Shown one piece after another: positions 51,455 to 61,188 of a DNA stretch of 64,000 bases. Origin of the DNA: Felis catus (Eukaryota); assembly GCF_018350175.1 (NCBI RefSeq), contig NC_058368.1:91266001-91330000 (forward strand). The letters are read 5' to 3'. Below the pieces are notes generated by a model. That model was not told the DNA's origin, searched no databases, and was given only the letters and a program-made list of their open reading frames with translations. Each line of letters starts with the position of its first letter. The first letter of the stretch is position 1. The translations under genes were made by a program, and so were the position numbers.

Positions 51455-54099
51455 CTTTTTTTAATGTTTTTATTCTTTTTTTTTTTTTTTTTAGAGCGAG
51501 AGACAGTGTGAGTGGGGGAGGGCAGAGAGAGAGGGAGACACAGACTCTGAAGCACGCTCCAGGCTCTGAGCTTGATGTGGGGCTCAAACTCATGAACTGT
51601 GAGATCATGACTTGAGCCAAAGTAGGACGTTTAACTGACTGACCCACCCAGGTGCCCCTCCATAATTATTATTATTGGAGGTTCGTTACCATGATAATGG
51701 GGAAAGGAAGATCAGGGGGCATTCTCTAATGTTGAGATTAAGTCTCGGTGCTTGGAATACACAGTGGGTCTGTGTTTGGGTGATCTGGTCACAGTGTTTC
51801 TGCTCCTCTAGGATTAGAGCTTTTCCTGAAGTCCAATTATCTTTCTTACCAGTTTTATGCCTTGAGGCTCCTTTTGTTAATTTAGGTGAGATGGGGGTTA
51901 GGTCTGAGTGGAGTTTATCTCCCCAGCTGCAGTGGATTTCATCAATGCCTTCAGCTGGTGTCCTTCCCCTGCAGATTAAGACTCTTTTTTTTTTTTTTTT
52001 TTCCATAAGGGAATTGGTCTGGGCAAATTTTGCAATGGTAATTGTTCCCCTTTCCAAGACAGCACCGTGGGGGAGCTCTCTCCAGATTGTCCCCATCCTC
52101 CCTGGGAGAGCCTGGTGGGGTTCCTGGAAGAAAAGCCTATGACAAAGTAGGAATTCCTCCCATGATTGTGGCCTCAGGGAGCTTCCCACTCTTGAGCTAG
52201 CCTACCCTCGGCCTCTAGCATCACATCAAAATTTCTAGTTTAATGTTTTGACTGGCTTATGAGGAGGGCAGCAACTTCTGTCCCAGGTAAAGAAAATGTC
52301 CCAGGTTCCGTGTCTCATTGAAGGTGCCTCTCTCTCCCCAGATTTCAAGATGGCTGTTTGCGCCATCAGTGGTGACCTCAGTTTTCGGATGGGTTCTCAA
52401 GAAGTCATTAATTTCTGCCTGCCCACCTTTTGTTGTTGTTATTGTTATGAGCATGGATGGAATGCATGTCTCTAGAGCTCTAAGCTGACACCTCAAGTTC
52501 TAAAATTCTTTTTAATTTTGCTTGAATCACCGTCTTTCCCACAGAAATATTTTTGCTGAATCTTTATCCAGCTGTCTTTTACTATAAAACCAAAATCTTG
52601 ATGGGGACCCCACCTATATTGCAGATATTTAGATATTTTGATACCCAGGCCATTCACTGGTGACATAGACTCAAACCTTAGTCCTGCTCCATGAACCTTC
52701 TTCTAGGCCCATCTGTGTACTTCCTTATAAAAGCCAGTTTTCTCAAGAAACCTGCAAAGTCAGTCTAACCAGAACTCCTGGACCTTGATATCCTGTCACC
52801 CTCCAAACCTGATAGGATTCCTCATCCTTCGTCATCTCCCAGATGATGTCTGATCATGCTGGCCTGTCTTCAGCAAGGATCCTGTTAGGTCAGTTTAGCT
52901 AGAATCTCCCACTCACGACCCCCGAGGTTTCTTCCTAGCAATTTTCCATTCGCTGCCCTCCACTCTGCTGCTTGGATATAAATTCCCATTTGCCCATGCT
53001 GAATTTGGCCTTGAGCCCACTCTCTCTCCCCCACTGTGAAGTCCCATTGCAGTGGTCCCTACACCTATTCCAGTGGTTCTGGATAAAATCTGACTTACCA
53101 CCTTTAGCAAGGGTCCTTGAATGTTTCTCTCTTTAACTCTGGTGATCTGCCTGGAGCTGGAGTGAGCCCATCTTGAAGACATTGCTTCTAAGCAGAACTC
53201 CTTACTTCATACTGGCAGCCTGGCACAGGAAGCTTATCATTTTAAAAGGACTGTTCTTGGGGTGCCTGGGTGGCTCAGTCGGTTAAGTGTCCTACTTCAG
53301 CTCAGGTCATGATCTCATGGTTCTTAAGTTCGAGCCCCATGTAGGGCTCTGTGCTGACAGTTCAGAGCCTGGAGCCTGCTTTGGATTCTGTGTCTTCCTC
53401 TCTCTCTGCCCCTCCCCTGCTCGTGCTCTATCTCTCTCTCTTTCTCAAAAATAAATAAAAAACATGAAAAAAAATTTTTTAAAGAAGAATTATCACCTAA
53501 TGGATTTGGGAGGTCCTGGTGGGCTGTCTGTGTGTGGGAGGGAGGGGGAAGTGGCAGTGAGTAGGGTACCTATTGAGAAGCCGGGGACTGAGAGAGTCAG
53601 AGTACCTGAGAAGGTTAGAGTACCAGTGGACATCACATGGTCAGGGTGCCTAGGCAGATCAGGATATGTCTTTACTTGGTCCAAATGTCCTATGGGTCAG
53701 CTGGTGTGTAGAGAATATCTCCTGGGTTGGGCTTTGGGGGCTGGGTGGTTTTTCAGTGTCAGCATGCCTTTTGCAAGATAAGAGCAAGGTGGGGGGGGGT
53801 GTGTTTCTGAATGGACTAGAGGGCAGGATTCCCTTGAGTGTCTGGATCCTTTGAGGCCAGGGAATATCCTTTTTTATTATTATTAAATTTTTTAAAATGT
53901 TTATTTATTTTTGACAGAGATAGAGACAGAGTACAAGTGGGCGAGGGGCAGAGAGAGAGAGGGAGACACAGAATCCAAAGCCAACTCCAGGGTGTGAGCT
54001 GTCAGCACAGAGCCTGATGCAAGGCTCAAACTCATGAACTGTGACATCATGACCTGAGTCAAAGTCAGATGCTTAACTGACTGAGCCACCCAGGCGCCC
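51455..54099. mobile_element. CAN-SINEs at ~51455-51658 (-), ~53259-53480 (+) and ~53870-54099 (-)
   Basis: SINEC bodies; TSD agggaatatc around the last. Confidence 0.88.
52580..53140 (+). mobile_element. ERV1 LTR, MER31-like, forward
   Basis: tataaattcccatttgcccatgctg...gagccca.tctctctcccc...ggataaaatc..ctta...tctttaac. Confidence 0.6.
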
Positions 54100-54486
54100 T
54101 AAGGTAAGGGAATATCTTATATGGTCAGAGTGTCCCAAACCTCACCATGCCTTTGTCTGGACATGTCCAGGGTCTAGGTTCTGGGTGTCCTAAAAGGTTG
54201 TGAGGAACATCATGAATTCAGGCTATCATGCTGACTATAAGGTACAGAAGTCAAAACTTCTTGGAGGGCTCATGTGTCTGAGAGACTGAATTCAACCCTG
54301 TGCCCTAGGGACTCAGGAATCAGGTAAGGTCAGAATGACTCTGAGGGCTGGAGGCTCTTAGGGATGGTAGTAAAATTAGAATGACAATAAAGTAACATTT
54401 TTGCCTGTGTTAATTATGTTCAAGGAACAGTCCTAAATGCTTCTCTTCAGTTAACTCTCAATCATTGCGTCTTCACCATGTAGGTA

Positions 54487-55131
54487 CAGTGGATCCTCAT
54501 TTTTTGCGGATCCCGCATTTGGGAAGTCACTGAGGGTTATTTGAAACCCCAAGGTCAGTACCCTTTTGCAGCACGCTTTGGCACTTGGATGGTCATTTGC
54601 AGCAATGCGCGTGCGCAGCGAGGCAAATACTTTGAGCTGCCGCGTTCCCAGCTGAGGTCAAACAGAGCAACTACTCTGGCTTCCTGTTTTAACTGTCCTA
54701 CTGTAAATAGATGTCTTTTTGCGGTCTCTTAAGTGCCGCCATTTCTCACATATTTGTGCTTTTCCTGGTAATTTCGCTGTTAAAGCAGCTTCCAAGCATA
54801 GTGTTGAAGTGCTGTCCCGTGTTCTCAAGTGCAGGAAAGCCATGATGTGCTTCAGGGAGAAAATACATGTGTTAGACAACCCTCGTTCAGGCATGAGTCA
54901 CAGTGTCATTGGCCGTGGGTTCAACGTTAATAAGTTAGCAATATACATTAAAATAAGATATCTTTAAAGAGAAACACATACAACAAGGTTATGTATGGAT
55001 CAGGTGATGAAAATGTTGTGGCCAGAGGCTCTCGGAAACCTATTTTTTGGAGTTATGGTTCAAAATCCACTAATTCAGTGTTCGTAGTGACTTTATGAAA
55101 CAGAACTACCTCAAATAAAGAGAATCAACCA
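54487..55131 (-). mobile_element. Tigger-family MITE (MER82-like) inserted at a TA within a MIR
   Basis: Imperfect TIRs (cagtggatcctc... / ...gagaatcaacc), TA flanks, ~650 bp; MIR-like sequence on both sides. Confidence 0.75.
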
Positions 55132-55714
55132 TATTACTTCCCCCAGATGATAAAGCAGAGGCACAGAGATATTAAGAAATGAGCCCAGGATCACATAGCT
55201 TAGCAAGTGGTATAGCTGGGATTCGAACCTGGGGCAGTTTGGCTTCCGAATTTATACTCCTTCCTTCCACACTATTCTCCTTCTTGTGGGGTGAGCGGAT
55301 CCTGGGTGTCAGGCTTCCTTGGAGGTCAGGATTGGGGGTTGGAATCAGGATGCCCTGGAAGACCAAATGCCTCTAAGCCTTCCAGCCCCCTGAGGGGTTA
55401 TGGTTCTCTGAAATGTCAAGTCAAACTTGCAGTGTCTCAGTGTCTTTGGGGAGCAGGGGTAATGGGTCAGAGTTTCTTTGTAATATCAGAGTACCCTGGG
55501 GGCAATTAGGCTGTACTAGATAGCTGGTCAGTTTCCTTGTAGAGTTAGGGTATCTGGAGGCTGCAGGATGTACTAGAATTCAGCACTTGCTTGTAGGTTC
55601 AAGTTGAATACATGTTACTGGGTCTTGGGAGATTAGAATGTCATGGGGGCTTGGGTTGCTCCAGGAGGTCATGGTATATGCTGGGGTAGAGGGAGAAAGG
55701 TTGGTGTCTTCCAT

Positions 55715-56250
55715 CAGTGCTTCTCAACTTTAATGCTCTTATGGATCAAAAGTTTGTGTGTCTCCTGCACCTCCATTCATGTGTTGAAGCCCTAATCCCA
55801 ATGTGATGTCATTTGGAGGTGGGGCCTTTGGGAGGTGATTAGGGTTAGATGAGATCTTGAGGGCAAGGGCCACATGACGGGATTAGTATCTATACAAGAA
55901 GAGGAAGAGAGACCAAAGGTGGTTTTATTTCTGCCATGTGAAGACAAAGAAGACAGCTGTCTACATCCCAGGAATAGAACTTTCACCAGGAACTGAATCA
56001 GCTGACACCTTGACCTTGGCTTTTGCAGCTTCCAGACCTTGAGAAGTGTCTACTGTTTAAGCCACCCATCCTTTGGTATTTTGTTATGGCAGCCTGAGCT
56101 GGTGAAAATAAATGGATACCCGTTTATCCCGGGGATCTTGTTACAATGCAGATTCTGGTTCAGTAGGACTAAGGTGGACTCCAAGATTCTGCATTTCTAA
56201 GAAGCTTTCATGTGCTGCTGATGCTGCTGATTGTGGACCATACTGTAAGC
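55715..56250. mobile_element. MER5A-like hAT element interrupted by an MLT1A-like MaLR LTR (~55745-56108)
   Basis: MER5A-like cagtgcttctcaactttaatg...ggggatcttgtta.aatgcagattctg; MLT1A-like ttcatgtgttgaagccctaatccc...tgtttaagccaccca..ttggtattttgttatggcagcc. Confidence 0.7.
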
Positions 56251-57694
56251 ATCAAGATCCTAGAGAATTTTTTTTTTTTGGTCTTTAATTGTCAGGGTGC
56301 TTTTAAAAGGATGTGTGCGAAAGATAAGCATGACCGTGGTGATTCAGACTGTCCCTTCCATGAGGGGTAGGGTGTCCTGAGAAGTTAGAACCTCATGGCA
56401 GGCTTAGAGGGATCTTCTAGTAGAGGCAGAACATTCTGGGTTTCAGTGCGTCCTAGAGTATCCTAGAGTCCTGGGGTATCAGGTTGTCTTTAAAGGGTCA
56501 GGATCCCCTAGGGATGTCAGAATGTACTTTCTGGGTCTAAATGATCTCAAGAAGCAGAATATTGTGGGTGTCAGGGTTTCCTGACTGCTCCGGGATCCTA
56601 GGTGCTTCAGCATTTCCTTGAAGACTCAGAATGTCAGGATGGCGTGGGCATCTCAGTGTCTCGCAGAGTCCTAAAGTCCAAGCAGTCAGGATGTACCCAG
56701 AATTCCAAGGCTCTCGAGGGTCAGGGTTTTCTGAATGTCTGCGTGACCCTGGAAGGTCTTGGAGTCCCAGGGTTCTGAGTGAGTGAGGAGGTGACATTTG
56801 GGAGAGGAAAGCAGACAGCCCTTGAGAACTATGGTGTCCTGGAGATTCAGCCCATGGTTGAGGTTGTCCTGAGGTGGGGGAGGGTGTGTCTAGTATATTC
56901 TGAGAATCAGGGTATCAAGGAGGGGCCAGAATGCACTTGTGTCTTTTAGTTTTTTAGTTACCTGGAAACAGATCCTTGGATATTCACCCACATGCTGAGA
57001 TGCCAGGCAGGCCCTACTCCTGGCCCTCATTCTGGTACAATCCTGCACCCCCTCTCCCCACGGTGGGGTTCTGGGGAAGGGTCTTAGGAGGAATGCATTT
57101 TCTTCTTACCCTGCCTGCTCCCAGGAGGGGATTTAACAGGACAAAAGAACTTGGTCCTCTGGGAATACGAGCTCTTGGCCCCAGTCCCTGGACCCTCCAA
57201 CTGAGCACCTTCCCTCATCCGGCTTGTGATCCTCCCCTGACGAAGGGGGCTCTGGTGACCAGGCAATGATTGGATGGGCCCCCAGGGGCGAGGGGCAGGT
57301 CACTCCTCCAAGGCTCAGGAAGAAAGAGGTGGTGTGGGATTGCAGGCTGGGAAAGTAGGCAGCTGAGAGCAAAGGGAGAGAGAGACAAGGGGCAGACAGT
57401 GGAGAGTAGAGGCCAAGGCAGAGAAACAGGGTGGGGGCAAGGCAGAGAGAATGCTATGATACTCAAGCGAAGGAGTGGGGAGTTAGGGAAAAAAATTAGA
57501 AAACAGGGGAGACAGTGAGAAGGACAAAGATATCCATCTGTATTTCCATCCAGAGAGTGAGAGGCATAAACACAGGGAGAAGGAGCGAGATAAACAGGCA
57601 GAGAGGGGAACGACAGAACCAGAGAAAGACTGACCCAGGCTCAGAGACCCAGGGACACAGGAACCTGGACTGTTTTTGATCTTTGTTGTTAGCC

Positions 57695-57803
57695 ATGGAA
57701 GCAGAAGGGAGGAGTGAGCAGGGTAAGCAGAAGAAGGGGCGACTTTGCAGCAGCCTCTGGCCCGAGGGCTACCCCGCCACTGGGACTCTGACCTCCACGG
57801 TGG
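57695..57803 (+). CDS. PROP1: PROP1 coding exon 1
   Basis: gccATGG Kozak context; [36 protein letters not shown]; 109 nt; donor TGG|gtgagt. Confidence 0.92.
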
Positions 57804-58319
57804 GTGAGTGAATCTCTGGGGTGGTCCTGAGGAGGCAGCAGGTGAGGGGGCTCCACGCTTAGGCTCCTGGGGGAGGGCATGGCTCCCCACAAGGAAGGCA
57901 AGAAGGGGAGATAAAAATCAGCCCCCAGAATGCTAAAAACCTTGGGCATCTTAGCAAGCACAGGGAGGGACAACGCCTTCGTTTGACAGACTGGACCCGC
58001 AGCCTTGGCATTGATGGACTGCTGAACAGCACACATGGTGGTGGGGCAGAGGCGAAGCTGAAATCTGGCTCCTCATCCCTGACCTCGTGGTTTGCCCACT
58101 GCACTGCCTCCTCTGAGATGGGCATCTGGAGGGGCCAGGGCTTTGGATCCCAAGAGAGCAGGGGACCACCAGTGGCTCAACGCGTGTGTCCCCAAGGTGG
58201 ACAGTTGAGCCCCCGGTGGGAGCTGCTCCTTCGGTCCCCATGGGGATGGGTGCCTCAGCTCCAGACATCTCCTTTTCTCAGTGTGTGCCTTCCAGGTGTT
58301 TCCTTTCGCTCCGTGTCCT

Positions 58320-58420
58320 CTCTTCCCCGGCTGGCTCTCAGACTAATTACTGTGGGGGCTTAGTGAGCCTGCAGGGAGGAGAAGCAAGCCTTTCCCACGA
58401 GCTCAGGTTCCTGCAGTCCG
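58320..58420. promoter_or_regulatory. PROP1 intron-1 candidate enhancer with RBPJ and homeodomain sites
   Basis: TTTCCCACG (reverse complement of CGTGGGAAA, RBPJ consensus) at 58391-58399 and CTAATTA at 58343-58349. A conserved Notch/RBPJ-responsive element is known in Prop1 intron 1. Confidence 0.6.
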
Positions 58421-58996
58421 GTGGCCGGGCCAGGGCCGGGCCAGGGGAGAAGATGAAATGTAGGTGAGGGGAGGGTGTGTCTGAGCGGAAGAGGGAGGAA
58501 TGTTTCATCTTCCCAGGTGAAGAAGGGTGGAGGAGGATGGGAGCAGTCTAGGGAACGTAGATGTTGAACATGAGCCTTGAGAGCAGGAAACAAGTCACAG
58601 GTGTCTTACAGACCCGGACAGTTTGTTACTGTGTCAGAGCAAATAAGAGCCCCAGAGGGTGAGACCCAGGAGGACAGTACATGCTCCCAGAGAGGCGAAA
58701 GGCACACGGAGGGACACGTGTTGCATGGGACTGTTCCATGGGCCTGGACTTACAGGAGGCAGAAGTGCCCAGGGTGAGAAGTGAGGCTCAGGGGTGACAA
58801 TGTAGGTGGAGAACCCAGGATAAGCACACTCAGAGATGAAGTGGGGGCTCAGGCGGAGCCAGATCCAGCTCCTTACCAGAGCTGAGGGGTTTTGGGGGGT
58901 GGGAGGCAAAGGGGATCTGGGCGGACCGGCATCCGAGATTCCGGATGGACGGATGGGTCCACCCCACACAATCTCTCCCCTCCCCTCCATCCTCAG

Positions 58997-59229
58997 ACAT
59001 GAGCCCTCGGCCCTACAGGAACCTTTCTGGTGTAGGAGTGCGGAGACCACGGCTTTCCCCACAAGGTGCACAGAGGGGTCGCCCGCACTCCAGGCGCCGC
59101 CACCGAACCACCTTCAGCCCAGCGCAGCTGGAACAGCTGGAGGCAGCCTTTGGGAGGAATCAGTACCCTGACATTTGGGCCCGAGAGGGCCTCGCCCGGG
59201 ACACAGGCCTCAGTGAGGCGAGAATCCAG
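58997..59229 (+). CDS. PROP1: PROP1 coding exon 2 (paired-like homeodomain helices 1-2 and start of helix 3)
   Basis: cctcag| acceptor, 233 nt, ...[51 protein letters not shown]|gtgatg. Confidence 0.97.
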
Positions 59230-59469
59230 GTGATGCCCCAGGATCCCCCACTTCTCCTGGGAAGAAATGTAGATTTGGTGCTCAGGAGCTATTGGGGTAT
59301 AAATTCTCATATGGCATTATAACCCAAACCTAAACGTTCCCCAGAACATGGCCTCGCCCAGCAGTCAACATAACCTCACCTAAAATGAGACTGTCCCTTG
59401 AATGTAACCCTAAGCTCTAACCTGATTTTCAACACCCTACCCTCAACCTTCATAGGAATGTGAATCCTG

Positions 59470-59645
59470 AGTGCTTGGATGGCCCAGTAGGTTAAGCCTC
59501 TGACCTTTGATTTCAGCTCAGGTCATGATCTCATGGTTTGTGGGTTCAAGCCCCAGGGCCTGCTTCAGATCCTCTGTCCCCCCCTCTCTCTCTGCCCCTT
59601 CCCCACTCTTTCTCTCTCTCAAAAATAAATAAAACATTTTTAAAA
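59470..59645 (+). mobile_element. CAN-SINE in PROP1 intron 2
   Basis: Degenerate SINEC head, (CT)n linker and A tail. Confidence 0.85.
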
Positions 59646-60166
59646 ATAGTGATGTGAATTCCAACAGAAATTCAATCTTAAGTGTTTGCATGCATATGTA
59701 CCCTTGTCCCTAACCATGGCCTTGAGACTCAGCCAGCCTGATGTGCCTTTCATCCGAATCATAGAAATCATCTTAAGTATAAAGCCGCCACCCTAAATCC
59801 AGCTGTCTATAACAATAAAATTCGTCTCTAATAATCCTAGGGGAAGTTTCCTATTCTCTGTGGAGGGAAGATGCCATCGTGTCATATTGATCTCTTTCGT
59901 GTTGGAAGTTGATATTCTTAATTCACCCAAATTCATAGTACGGCTAATTTAGACACAGGTTGGGAGTGATGGTGTGGGTCTTGCTTTGTTAATCTAGGCC
60001 CAGCTGGCCTATGCCTTTGGGAAGAACTGTACTTCCTCTGCATGGTCAGAGAGGCTTATGCTCTGTACCTGAAGCTTCTGTCATTGAAGGGGAGGGGGGC
60101 TCTGATGTGACAGGGACACCTATTTGAGAGAGAGGCGTTGATGTGGCTATTCTTCCCCTTCCTCAG

Positions 60167-60505
60167 GTCTGGTTCCAGAACCGCAGAGCTAAGCAGAGGA
60201 AGCAAGAGCGGTCACTGCTCCAGCCACTGGCCCAGCTGTCTCCTGCCACCTTCTCTGGTTTCTTGCCCGAGCCCCCTGCCTGCCCCTACTCCTACCCAAC
60301 ACCACCTGCACCCATGACCTGCTTCCCTCACCCCTACAACCATGCCCTTCCCTCTCAGCCCTCCACAGGCAGTTCCTTTGCTCGGCCCCACCAGTCTGAA
60401 GACTGGTACCCCGCCTTGCACCCAACTCCCACTGGTCATCTGCCTTGCCCCCCACCCCCAGCTATGCTTCCCCTTAGCCTTGAGCCACCAAAGTCCTGGA
60501 ACTAA
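60167..60505 (+). CDS. PROP1: PROP1 coding exon 3 (Q50 recognition helix, Pro-rich transactivation domain)
   Basis: cctcag|[21 protein letters not shown]...[10 protein letters not shown]. The three exons total 226 aa. Confidence 0.97.
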   Translation, partial: VWFQNRRAKQRKQERSLLQPLAQLSPATFSGFLPEPPACPYSYPTPPAPMTCFPHPYNHALPSQPSTGSSFARPHQSEDWYPALHPTPTGHLPCPPPPAMLPLSLEPPKSWN

Positions 60506-61188
60506 GGTTGAACAGGAGCTGATAAGGTAATCTCCCAGCCTGTGGCCCTGGTGAAACTCAGGGAAAGCTGGGTGGCTTCCCTTCCTTCTAAGGATCAAGT
60601 AGAAATTTGGTGATGGCCAGCTCAGAGATAGGAATTTAAAAATGGGAGATCTGAAGAAGGCATCCTGAGGTGATTAGTTGAGGGAATGTGGGGAGGTGAG
60701 TCTACTAGAAGATACAGATAAAATGCTCAGTGGAGGTAACCAGGTAGAAGGGTGGTATTGACGATGGAAGCAATTGTTGCCACTGGTGAATGGAAATTAG
60801 TGAACGTGATACAACTTTCGGGGCTTCATTAATTGACATCACAGTTGAAGATCTGCACCCAGCAGTTTCTAACTGATTTCAATATGGCTTTTGATTTAAA
60901 GTCTACCTGCTCTTCTTTCCCCCATCACCCACTCCCACCACCCAAATCAGTCATTAACTTTTGTTCATTAATGTTCTAGAAAGATCGCTTGAATTTCATC
61001 TTTCCTGGCCCCATATCTTCTAACTAATCCTCCTCAATAACTCCCTTAGCTCCAGCCTTTCCCATTGCCACCAGACCTTGCAAATATGATAATCACAGAT
61101 CTGCTCTCCAATGTCTTATAAAAAAAATAAATAAGATCTGAGTCTCCAACGTTACCTTCAACCTGACTCTTAAAATCAACCACGTGTC

